IMG/VR virus record: IMGVR_UViG_3300030372_000525
Coordinates: 1-25,279 of that record
Reading direction: 5' to 3' (one strand)
Length of the DNA stretch: 25,279 bases
Source of the DNA: a virus
Taxonomy: Duplodnaviria; Caudoviricetes
The position numbers and the translations under genes were made by a program. Positions 1 to 7,547 of this stretch are shown one piece after another (within the stretch, counting starts at the first letter, position 1; the number at the start of each line of letters is the position of its first letter). The notes below the pieces were generated by a model. That model had not been told where the DNA came from and did not search any database. It saw only the letters and a program-made list of their open reading frames with translations.

Positions 1-129
1 AAGCATATTGAATACTCAAAGGACGCAACAAGCTATGGCTTTCAAACGAACGAAACAACAGAAGCGTGTCAAGTCCCAGTCACAACAGAAGAGACAACAA
101 CAAGTGTCTCAGCTGGAGACGAGTTCTAA
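1..129 (+). CDS. gp2.5: 3' end of single-stranded DNA-binding protein (T7 gp2.5-like), 5'-truncated by the window edge
   Basis: Not in the ORF track. Frame 1 is open from base 1 and reads KHIEYSKDATSYGFQTNETTEACQVPVTTEETTTSVSAGDEF* (TAA 127-129). The acidic tail ends in Phe as in T7 gp2.5, and it lies directly upstream of endonuclease I. Confidence 0.82.
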   Translation, partial: KHIEYSKDATSYGFQTNETTEACQVPVTTEETTTSVSAGDEF

Positions 130-481
130 ATATAGAAGTAAATTTGAGGCTGGCCTAGCAGCTGGCCTCATCCAAAACAAAGTCAACTTCACCTATGAAG
201 ATATGACTTTGCCTTATGTCATCAAGGCTACCTATCGACCTGATTTCATTCTTAGTAATGGTGTGGTCATAGAAGCTAAAGGTCACTTCAGACCAGAGGA
301 CAGAAAGAAATTACTTGCTGTAAAAAAACAACACCCTGATTTGGATATAAGACTCTGCTTTATGAGAGCAAAGGAACGACTTAGCAAATCAAAAAGATCT
401 ATGACTTATGGCGAATGGGCTACAAGAAATAGATTTAAGTGGTGTGAGAAAACTATTCCTCAAGAATGGTATGAACCATGA
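35..481 (+). CDS. gp3: Endonuclease I / Holliday junction resolvase (T7 gp3-like)
   Basis: Motifs YRSKFE, YRPDFIL, IEAKGHF (PD-(D/E)xK core), HPDLDIRLCF and YGEWA. The start is uncertain: TTG 8, ATG 35 or in-frame GTG 104. Confidence 0.93.
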   Translation: MAFKRTKQQKRVKSQSQQKRQQQVSQLETSSKYRSKFEAGLAAGLIQNKVNFTYEDMTLPYVIKATYRPDFILSNGVVIEAKGHFRPEDRKKLLAVKKQHPDLDIRLCFMRAKERLSKSKRSMTYGEWATRNRFKWCEKTIPQEWYEP

Positions 482-726
482 TTACTTCTACTAAACACAT
501 GAGAGTTAAAGGAACTGACCTCGTAGTTTTGGAAGACTACAAGCTCATTGAAAAGAAAGATCGAGCTGGTAGCAATGGCAAAAATATCAAGTGTCCTCAC
601 TGTGAAAATGTCCAAAGGATTTATCACTTGAGATGGAGCTCTGTTACTTGTCACTCATGTCAATCTGACATATCTAAATACGACTGGATGATTGACCAAC
701 TCGATACATGGAGAACTCCTAGATGA
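478..726 (+). CDS. Small zinc-ribbon protein, function unknown
   Basis: Two CxxC pairs (CPHC, CHSC). ATGA overlaps at both ends (478-481 and 723-726). Confidence 0.8.
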   Translation: MITSTKHMRVKGTDLVVLEDYKLIEKKDRAGSNGKNIKCPHCENVQRIYHLRWSSVTCHSCQSDISKYDWMIDQLDTWRTPR

Positions 727-902
727 TCTATCACTCAGCTCAAGACAAGTACAGATACAAGCTAAGACTTGTTGAGAAAGAGGGAGGAGCTAGTAGCTAT
801 GCCTACATCACTGCCTCTACTGCCACTAAAGCAGTCGATAAAGCTTATGAAGTACATGGAAGAGACAAAGGTATTTATGTAATCAACTGGGAACTGGCAT
901 GA
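723..902 (+). CDS. Small hypothetical protein (59 aa)
   Basis: Not in the ORF track. Reads MIYHSAQDKYRYKLRLVEKEGGASSYAYITASTATKAVDKAYEVHGRDKGIYVINWELA*. It fills the gap exactly, with ATGA overlaps at 723-726 and 899-902. Confidence 0.75.
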   Translation: MIYHSAQDKYRYKLRLVEKEGGASSYAYITASTATKAVDKAYEVHGRDKGIYVINWELA

Positions 903-1009
903 ATACCAAGGAAAGAATCGAGTACTCCCACAAACGAATAGAGGAACTAAAGCTACTGATCCAACACTGGCAAAAAGATGAAAAGCAAAAGCAAGTATCT
1001 AAGGCATGA
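899..1009 (+). CDS. Small hypothetical coiled-coil-like protein (36 aa)
   Basis: Not in the ORF track. Reads MNTKERIEYSHKRIEELKLLIQHWQKDEKQKQVSKA*. It is ATGA-coupled to the previous ORF and overlaps the primase start by 32 nt. Confidence 0.65.
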   Translation: MNTKERIEYSHKRIEELKLLIQHWQKDEKQKQVSKA

Positions 1010-2585
1010 GCCTTGCCCCCAATGTGACAGTAAGGATAACCTTGCTGTCTTTGATGATGGACATGCTCATTGTTTTGGATGCGACTATCAGTATCAACCA
1101 ACAAAAGAAAACAAACCAAGATTTATGACTAGCCCACCACCAAAGAAACCGTCACCACTAATTAAGTTTGTTAATCCTGTTGCTCTTAAGAAGAGAGGAA
1201 TCTCTGAAGAGACATGCAAGTTCTTTCCTTATGGAATAGCTGAATACAATGGTCAGCCAGTACAAGTTGCTAATTACTTTGACAACTTAGGTAGACCTTG
1301 TGCTCAACATGTTCGCTTCAAGGATAAAAGATTTATTTGGTTAGGTGATACCAGCAAAATGATGCTGTTCTCTCAGCACAAATGGAGGCAGACAAACCAA
1401 GGTAATACTTTTGTCGTAATAACTGAGGGAGAGATAGATGCTATGTCTTGCTCTCAGATACAAGGCAACAAGTTCCCTGTTGTGTCGCTGCCTAATGGTG
1501 CTCAATCAGTTAAAAAGTATTTATCACTTCCAGAGGTAAACAAATGGCTATCCCAATTTGTAAGAATTGTTCTATGCCTAGACTCTGATGAGCCTGGCAT
1601 GGCTGCTGCCGAGAAAGCACTTGAAGTGTTACCTCTTGGTAAAGCAGCAATATGCAGACTCCCTAGAAAAGACGCTAATGAAATGCTCCTCGCAGGAGAG
1701 GGGGAAGAACTTAGAGATCTCTTATGGAAAGCACAACCTGCAAGACCTGATTCAATCTTACCTGCCGCTGGATTGTGGGAAGAACTAATCAAGCCAGGTG
1801 CTTCAGCAGTTTGTCAGTACCCTTGGCCTGAACTAGATAACTACACAAAGGGTTATCGCAAGGGAGAAATGCTGACCTTTTGTGCTGGATCAGGTACAGG
1901 TAAATCAACTATCTGTCGTGAGTTAGCACATCACTTCCTTAAAGAAGGACTCCGAGTTGGATACATAGCACTAGAAGAAAGTGTTCAACGTACCCTGCAA
2001 GGAATCATTGGTGTTGAAATCTCTAAGCCATTACATCTACAACCTGATTGCATATCAGAAGAGGAATTAAAGAAAGCATTTGATCGACTCACTGGATCTA
2101 ATCGACTCTTCTTATATGACCACTTTGGATCTATTGATCCTGATAGGTTGATCGAACAGATTCAATATCTAGCTACTGCTGAAACTGTAGATGTAGTTAT
2201 CTTGGATCACTTGACCATTGTTATCTCTGGTATCAGTGACCTAGATGAGAGGCGAGCACTTGATGTTACTTGTACCAAACTAAGACAAGTAGTAGAAAGT
2301 ACAGGTGTAGGACTAATCGTAGTCTCACACCTCAAAAGACCAGAGGGGAAAGGACATGAAGAGGGAACTCAAGTGTCACTCTCTCATCTCAGGTCATCAC
2401 ATTCAGTGGCTCAACTAAGTGATTTAGTTATAGCCGCTGAAAGAAACCAGCAAGGAGATCCAGCTGAGAAGTCATCTCTTCAGTTGCGTGTCCTGAAAAA
2501 TAGATTCAGTGGGTCAACAGGCCCAGTGGATAAACTTCTTTACGACCAGAACTCAGGTCGATTACTAACACATTTATTCCTATGA
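978..2585 (+). CDS. gp4: DNA primase/helicase (T7 gp4-like)
   Basis: Zn-binding domain CPQC...HCFGC; TOPRIM motifs EGEIDAMS and DSDEPG; KDANE; SF4 helicase motifs AGSGTGKST, ALEES, ILDHL, VSHLKRP, LRSSHSVAQLSD and KNRFSG. Confidence 0.97.
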   Translation: MKSKSKYLRHEPCPQCDSKDNLAVFDDGHAHCFGCDYQYQPTKENKPRFMTSPPPKKPSPLIKFVNPVALKKRGISEETCKFFPYGIAEYNGQPVQVANYFDNLGRPCAQHVRFKDKRFIWLGDTSKMMLFSQHKWRQTNQGNTFVVITEGEIDAMSCSQIQGNKFPVVSLPNGAQSVKKYLSLPEVNKWLSQFVRIVLCLDSDEPGMAAAEKALEVLPLGKAAICRLPRKDANEMLLAGEGEELRDLLWKAQPARPDSILPAAGLWEELIKPGASAVCQYPWPELDNYTKGYRKGEMLTFCAGSGTGKSTICRELAHHFLKEGLRVGYIALEESVQRTLQGIIGVEISKPLHLQPDCISEEELKKAFDRLTGSNRLFLYDHFGSIDPDRLIEQIQYLATAETVDVVILDHLTIVISGISDLDERRALDVTCTKLRQVVESTGVGLIVVSHLKRPEGKGHEEGTQVSLSHLRSSHSVAQLSDLVIAAERNQQGDPAEKSSLQLRVLKNRFSGSTGPVDKLLYDQNSGRLLTHLFL

Positions 2586-3319
2586 CTTTATTAATTGATG
2601 CCGACTGGCTTGCTTACTCTTCATGTGCTGCTTGCGAGCAAGATGTGAGATGGACTGAAGATATACATAGTCTTTGGTGTAGCGAGCAAGATGTAATGGA
2701 ATTGTTTGATGCAAGAGTCAGTCATTACCAATCAATCGCTGATGACAAAGGCCCAGTCATCATGTGCTTCACTGAATACCCAACCTTTAGACATGGGATC
2801 TTTGATGAGTACAAAACTAATCGGATAGGTAAACGTAAACCTTTAGCATTGAAAGATGTTAGAAAAAAAATAGTAAAAAATTATCAAGCTATTAGCTTTG
2901 ATGGCTTAGAAGGTGATGATGTTATGGGCCTTCTAGCTACTGGTAATAGATATGAAGATCCGATTATTGTTTCACCCGACAAAGATATGAAAGGTGTGCC
3001 TTGTCGATTGCTTGCTAATGATGAGATTGAATTGATTACTAGAAAGAGAGCTGATAGAAACTGGATGCTTCAATGTTTAACTGGAGATTCAGGAGATAAT
3101 ATTCCTGGTCTGATTGGAGTTGGCCCAGTAACAGCTAATAAAATCCTTGGTGATGCTGAGTCCCTATCAGATATGTGGGATAAAGTTATTACTACTTATG
3201 AAAAGAAAAAGAAAACTTATGCTGATGCACTGATGACAGCTCGACTAACAAGAATACTTAGAGATGGAGAATATAATCATGTAACAGGAGAAGTAAAATT
3301 ATGGGAGCCAACACTATGA
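2582..3319 (+). CDS. gp6: 5'-3' exonuclease (T7 gp6-like, FEN family)
   Basis: Motifs LLIDAD, YKTNR, LEGDDVMG, SPDKDM, and helix-hairpin-helix LTGDSGDNIPGLIGVGPVTA. Confidence 0.95.
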   Translation: MTLLIDADWLAYSSCAACEQDVRWTEDIHSLWCSEQDVMELFDARVSHYQSIADDKGPVIMCFTEYPTFRHGIFDEYKTNRIGKRKPLALKDVRKKIVKNYQAISFDGLEGDDVMGLLATGNRYEDPIIVSPDKDMKGVPCRLLANDEIELITRKRADRNWMLQCLTGDSGDNIPGLIGVGPVTANKILGDAESLSDMWDKVITTYEKKKKTYADALMTARLTRILRDGEYNHVTGEVKLWEPTL

Positions 3320-3501
3320 ATGAAGATGATCTATGGCCTCCGATAGATGAGGCTCTAATTAAGAAACTAAAAGAGATTTATGTAGATAAATGTCCCTCTA
3401 TTGATACACCTGATCGAGAGATATGGAGAGTGTTAGGTCAAGTCGAATTGGTAAGAATGTTAGAATCAGTCTATATTGAGCAAAACAAAGTCGGAGATTA
3501 G
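3316..3501 (+). CDS. Small conserved T7-like protein (gp6.5 position)
   Basis: Reads MNEDDLWPPIDEALIKKLKEIY...GQVELVRML. The ATGA overlap with the exonuclease stop favours ATG 3316 over the track's 3301. Confidence 0.72.
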   Translation: MNEDDLWPPIDEALIKKLKEIYVDKCPSIDTPDREIWRVLGQVELVRMLESVYIEQNKVGD

Positions 3502-3503
3502 TT

Positions 3504-3803
3504 ATGTGTGGTGGAGGAGGAGGAGGAGGATCAGGTCAAGGTGAAAGCCTGAGACTTCAAAAAGAATCTCTTAACTTATCTAAAGAACAGTTTGAAGAAA
3601 GCAAACGTCAATGGGGTGAACAGTTCCAATGGCAACGTGACAAAGCTGCTGAACAGAAAAGAGTAGCTGAAGCTAGAGCTGGCAAAGGCCCAACAAGAAC
3701 GACTGAATATGCAATGTCTGCTTTAGAAGGCAGATCAGGACTTGGTTTTGGTAAGGATAAATTAAAGAGAGATGTAACAGGCAAGGGTCTAGCTATCGTT
3801 TAA
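3504..3803 (+). CDS. Small virion protein preceding portal (gp6.7/gp7.3-like)
   Basis: Met-Cys-Gly-rich N-terminus, charged helical middle, C-terminal GLxI, and position immediately before the portal. Confidence 0.65.
   Translation: MCGGGGGGGSGQGESLRLQKESLNLSKEQFEESKRQWGEQFQWQRDKAAEQKRVAEARAGKGPTRTTEYAMSALEGRSGLGFGKDKLKRDVTGKGLAIV
3513..3530 (+). repeat. (GGA)6 in-frame microsatellite encoding poly-Gly
   Basis: ggaggaggaggaggagga read directly. Confidence 0.9.
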
Positions 3804-3806
3804 CCA

Positions 3807-5537
3807 ATGGAACTGAACATCACCACTAATGTTGACCAGCAACCAGGGAAAGCTCCTAAAAAAAGGGAGGGGACTGTTGCTTCTCGATATGAACAGTTAA
3901 AAACTAATCGCAATCCTTTTGAAGATAGAGCTAGAGATTGTGCAAAGGTAACAATTCATTCTCTATTTCCTGATGATGGACATGGAGATCAAGGAAGACT
4001 GAAGACTCCTTATCAATCAGTAGGAGCTAGAGGTTTACTTCACCTCTCTAATAAATTAGGTCTTAGTCTTTTCCCTCCTAATACTCCTTTCTTTAAATTA
4101 GAAATAGATAGTCTTGCCTTACAAGTAGAAGAAGCTGGCCCAGAAATTAAAACAGAATTAGATACTGCATTAGTTAAGGTCGAGCAAGCTGTAATGAGTA
4201 TGCTCGAAACCATGTCAGCTAGAGCTTCAATGCATGAAGCTTTTAAACAGCTACTTGTTTCTGGAAATGTACTTCTATATATAAACCCAGAAGGGATAAG
4301 AGTTATTCATCTTCAGAATTACTGTGTTCAACGTGATCCAATGGGTTGCGTTAAAGAAATTATTGTAGAAGAAGAAGTTTATCCTGATGCTTTACCTGAT
4401 GGATTCTTACCTGACAGATTAGAAGATGATAAAACGACAGGCCCAGTAAAGAAAACAGTTAAGGTTTATACCTGTGTCAAGTTTGATGACAAGGTTTGTA
4501 CTTGGTATCAAGAGGCAAAGGGGGAAGAGATTCCTAATACCTATGGTATGTGTCCAGAGAATTGTAGTCCTTGGATTCCATTGAGGTTTAATCGAATTGA
4601 AGATGAAGAGTATGGGAGAAGTTATGTCGAGCAATACTATGGAGATCTTCTATCACTTGAATCTTTATATCAAAGCGTACTTGAAGGTAGTGCAGCTGCT
4701 GCAAAGATTCTATTTCTAGTTAATCCCAATGGAACTACTAGACCTAGAACAATTGCTAATGCAGCTAATGGAGCAATCGTTCAAGGTAATGCTGCTGATG
4801 TCAGCGTCATTCAAAGTCAGAAAGCTCAGGATCTAGGGATAGCTCAACAGACTATTGATCGTATAGAAGGTAGATTGCAATTTGCTTTCTTACTTAATAC
4901 TGCAATTCAAAGACCAGGAGAAAGAGTCACAGCAGAGGAGATAAGATTTATGGCACAGGAATTAGAAGCATCTATCGGTGGATTGTATTCAATACTGACT
5001 CAAGAACTACAGCTACCACTGGTACATAGACTTATCTATATCTTACAAAGAAAGAAAAAGTTACCTGAGTTTCCTAATAACGAACAGACTGGAGAGCCTT
5101 TAGTTAATCCCAAACCTGTTACTGGTTTAGAAGCTATTGGTAGAGGTGATGATCGCAACAAGTTAGTTGAGTTCATCACTGTTGCTCAACAAGCTCTTGG
5201 CCCTGATGTCATGGCTAAGTATCTAAATATGGATGAAGCTCTTAGGCGTTTAGCTGCAAGTGGATCTATAGATACAACAAACTTAGTTAAGACTCAAGAG
5301 CAATTACAACAAGAGCAAGCTCAAGCTCAAGCCGAGCAAGAGCAAATGCAGCAACAAGAACAAATGGCTGCTTTAATGCAGTCAGGAGCTGCTGCAAAAG
5401 TAGCTGACAATTACACAAAAGAAGGAGCACCTTATGGCCCCCAATTCTCAGAAGGAGGAACAGTCCCTAACTCCCTCCCCGAACCAGTCCTCGACCCAGG
5501 AATCCCAAGTGGCCCCACAGGAGGAGAGCAAGCCTAA
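3807..5537 (+). CDS. gp8: Portal / head-to-tail connector (T7 gp8-like)
   Basis: Motifs PYQSVGARGL, LFPPNTPFFKL, YGRSYVEQY, ERVTAEEIR, LGG-like IGGLYS, ELQLPL and TGLEAIGRG; Gln-rich C-terminus. Confidence 0.97.
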   Translation: MELNITTNVDQQPGKAPKKREGTVASRYEQLKTNRNPFEDRARDCAKVTIHSLFPDDGHGDQGRLKTPYQSVGARGLLHLSNKLGLSLFPPNTPFFKLEIDSLALQVEEAGPEIKTELDTALVKVEQAVMSMLETMSARASMHEAFKQLLVSGNVLLYINPEGIRVIHLQNYCVQRDPMGCVKEIIVEEEVYPDALPDGFLPDRLEDDKTTGPVKKTVKVYTCVKFDDKVCTWYQEAKGEEIPNTYGMCPENCSPWIPLRFNRIEDEEYGRSYVEQYYGDLLSLESLYQSVLEGSAAAAKILFLVNPNGTTRPRTIANAANGAIVQGNAADVSVIQSQKAQDLGIAQQTIDRIEGRLQFAFLLNTAIQRPGERVTAEEIRFMAQELEASIGGLYSILTQELQLPLVHRLIYILQRKKKLPEFPNNEQTGEPLVNPKPVTGLEAIGRGDDRNKLVEFITVAQQALGPDVMAKYLNMDEALRRLAASGSIDTTNLVKTQEQLQQEQAQAQAEQEQMQQQEQMAALMQSGAAAKVADNYTKEGAPYGPQFSEGGTVPNSLPEPVLDPGIPSGPTGGEQA

Positions 5538-5607
5538 GAAAACTAAAGCTAAAGCTACTCAACCTGGGATCACTCAAGACAGTGATTCACATTACACAAT
5601 TCGCTAG
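5434..5607 (+). CDS. Small hydrophilic protein (57 aa) overlapping the portal 3' end
   Basis: Not in the ORF track. AGGAG at 5423-5427 lies 6 nt before ATG 5434. Reads MAPNSQKEEQSLTPSPNQSSTQESQVAPQEESKPKKTKAKATQPGITQDSDSHYTIR* and stops 8 nt before the scaffold ATG. Confidence 0.62.
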   Translation: MAPNSQKEEQSLTPSPNQSSTQESQVAPQEESKPKKTKAKATQPGITQDSDSHYTIR

Positions 5608-5615
5608 TACCCACC

Positions 5616-6416
5616 ATGCCAGAAGCACTCACTATTAAAGAAGAACCAACAACAGCTGTTGCACCAGAGCAATCAACCGAAACCACAGAAGAGTCTGGAT
5701 TGCTTGCTGGTAAATACAAATCTCAAGAAGACTTAGAGAAAGGTTATCTCGAACTCCAACAGCAACTAGGAAAGAAAGAACCTGCTGAAGAATCTGGAAT
5801 CAGTGAATCTGAACCAGAACTAGAAGATAAAGAAACTCCTGAATCTCGTAGTGCTACAGATATTTATGGTGAATATATCGGTAGTAAATTTGATGAGGCT
5901 GGTATTGATTACGAGGGAATGAACTCTCGCTTTCAAGAAACAGGCCAATTAAATGATGACGACTACAAAGAATTAGGAGAGGCAGGATTCAATAGAGATA
6001 TGGTCGATGCCTATCTCCAAGGTATCCAGTTCAATGCACAAAGAGATACTGAACTCCAACAAGGACAGGTCAAAGAGATTCAAGATATGTATGGAGGGGC
6101 AGATGCCTATGGTGAAATGATTACCTGGGCAGCTGGAGTATTAACAGATAGTGAGAAATCTGCATTTGATTTAGCTATTAATAATCCAAACTATGACATG
6201 GTAAAACTTGCAGTAGCTGGATTACATAGTCGCTATATGTCAGAAGGAAACAAGGAGCCAAAGCTAGTCAGTGGCAGAGGAAGTAAGAGAGGAAGCAAAG
6301 CTAAGTTTGATTCAATGGCTCAGGTTATAGCAGCTATGCAAGATCCTCTTTATGCTTCTGATCCTGCATTTAGAAAACAGGTTGAGGAGAAGCTTTCTAG
6401 ATCAAATGCCATTTAA
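5616..6416 (+). CDS. gp9: Capsid assembly scaffolding protein (T7 gp9-like)
   Basis: Acidic protein with LLAGKYKS.EDLEKGY.EL, GGADAY..M..WA and C-terminal AM.DPLY..DPAFR..V..KL; lies between portal and capsid. Confidence 0.94.
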   Translation: MPEALTIKEEPTTAVAPEQSTETTEESGLLAGKYKSQEDLEKGYLELQQQLGKKEPAEESGISESEPELEDKETPESRSATDIYGEYIGSKFDEAGIDYEGMNSRFQETGQLNDDDYKELGEAGFNRDMVDAYLQGIQFNAQRDTELQQGQVKEIQDMYGGADAYGEMITWAAGVLTDSEKSAFDLAINNPNYDMVKLAVAGLHSRYMSEGNKEPKLVSGRGSKRGSKAKFDSMAQVIAAMQDPLYASDPAFRKQVEEKLSRSNAI

Positions 6417-6420
6417 GAGT

Positions 6421-6530
6421 TATCATTTAATTACCTAGACCTATTGACTGTAACTCTGGCCCCTTGCGAGGGATACCCTTAGTGAAAGGAAATCGAGGTC
6501 AGGAACCTTCTTTCTTTCTAGGTATTCTTT
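6421..6530 (+). promoter_or_regulatory. Capsid gene leader: possible -10 box and structured 5' UTR
   Basis: TATCAT at 6421-6426; TACCTAGA 6432-6439 is complementary to TCTAGGTA 6517-6524; hairpin CCCT-TGCG-AGGG at 6461-6472. This is the longest intergenic stretch in the window. Confidence 0.5.
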
Positions 6531-7496
6531 ATGACTAACATGACTGTTTCTAGGCTAGGCCTAGTAAACAATACTGGTAGTGGTTATGACGCTCTCTTTC
6601 TAAAAGTTTTTAGTGGAGAAGTTCTATCTGCTTTCCGTAAGGCAACTGTATTTGAATCTCTGCACAATGTGCGGACAATCCAATCAGGAAAATCAGCCCA
6701 ATTTCCAATAATTGGACTTTCTTCAACTGCCTACCATACGCCAGGCACCCAGCTGACAGGCAACGCAATCAAGCATGCTGAAGCTACCATCAATATTGAT
6801 GACAAGCTTGTAAGTAATGTTTTCATTGCGGACATTGATGAAGCCAAGAATCATTACGATGTTAGATCTCAGTATTCAACTGAGATGGGCAACGCTCTTG
6901 CTTATACTTTTGATCAGAACGTAGCGGCAACTGTTGCACAAGCGGCAAGAACTTCTACTAACTTCAATACTGATCTTCCTGGTGGTACTCGGATTAAGAT
7001 TGTTGCTGCAACTAAAGCAGCTGTAACAGGTGCAAACCTTGTATCAGCTCTATGGACAGCAGCCGAGAAGATGGACATCAACAATGTCCCTGAAGATAAT
7101 CGTTACGTTGTACTTGGCCCAACAGAATATTACAAGTTGGCTCAAACAACTGATGTACTCAACAGAGACTGGGGTGGATCTGGAGCATACGCTGATGGAT
7201 CTGTCTTGAAGGTAGCTGGTATCAGCATCATCAAGTCTAATCATCTTCCTACTACAAACAGATCAGCAGTTACAGGTGAGAACAACACTTACCACGCTAA
7301 CTACACTGACAGTGTTGGCCTTGTATTCAACAAGCAAGCTGTTGGTACTGTGAAGTTGATGGATCTTAAGATGGAACAAACAGGATCTGATGTTCATGCT
7401 CTATGGCAAGGAACATTTATGGTCGGTTCTATGGCTCACGGTACTGGCGTATTACGTCCTGACTGTGCAGTTGAGATCTACTGGGCAACTAGTTAA
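6531..7496 (+). CDS. gp10: Major capsid protein (T7 gp10A-like)
   Basis: Motifs ALFLKVFSGEVL.AF, RTIQSGKSAQFP, IDDKL, DIDEAKNHYDVRSQYS.EMG.ALA, and G.GVLRPDCAVE. Confidence 0.97.
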   Translation: MTNMTVSRLGLVNNTGSGYDALFLKVFSGEVLSAFRKATVFESLHNVRTIQSGKSAQFPIIGLSSTAYHTPGTQLTGNAIKHAEATINIDDKLVSNVFIADIDEAKNHYDVRSQYSTEMGNALAYTFDQNVAATVAQAARTSTNFNTDLPGGTRIKIVAATKAAVTGANLVSALWTAAEKMDINNVPEDNRYVVLGPTEYYKLAQTTDVLNRDWGGSGAYADGSVLKVAGISIIKSNHLPTTNRSAVTGENNTYHANYTDSVGLVFNKQAVGTVKLMDLKMEQTGSDVHALWQGTFMVGSMAHGTGVLRPDCAVEIYWATS

Positions 7497-7505
7497 CTTT
7501 ATACT

Positions 7506-7540
7506 GGGGGAGGAAGTCGAAGGCCTCCCCCTTTTTCTTT
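7506..7540 (+). terminator. Rho-independent terminator after capsid (T-phi position)
   Basis: Stem GGGGGAGG (7506-7513) / CCTCCCCC (7524-7531), 10-nt loop, followed by TTTTTCTTT. Confidence 0.9.
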
Positions 7541-7547
7541 ATTCGTC

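Noticed and set aside
8-34. TTG start at 8 for the endonuclease
   Set aside because: It would maximise overlap with the SSB tail. ATG 35 or GTG 104 are more plausible.
1125-1127. Internal Met50 of gp4, just after the Zn-binding domain, as a gp4B-like second start
   Set aside because: The position is suggestive but there is no Shine-Dalgarno sequence or other support in the sequence.
1588-1788. 66-aa plus-strand ORF inside primase/helicase
   Set aside because: It is an out-of-frame shadow with no ribosome-binding site or recognisable motif.
7500-7505. TATACT -10-like hexamer after the capsid stop
   Set aside because: It lies immediately before the terminator stem, and such hexamers are frequent by chance in AT-rich DNA.
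7460-7547. gp10B-type programmed frameshift extension of the capsid protein
   Set aside because: No slippery sequence is evident near the capsid 3' end, and only 51 nt containing the terminator separate it from gp11.
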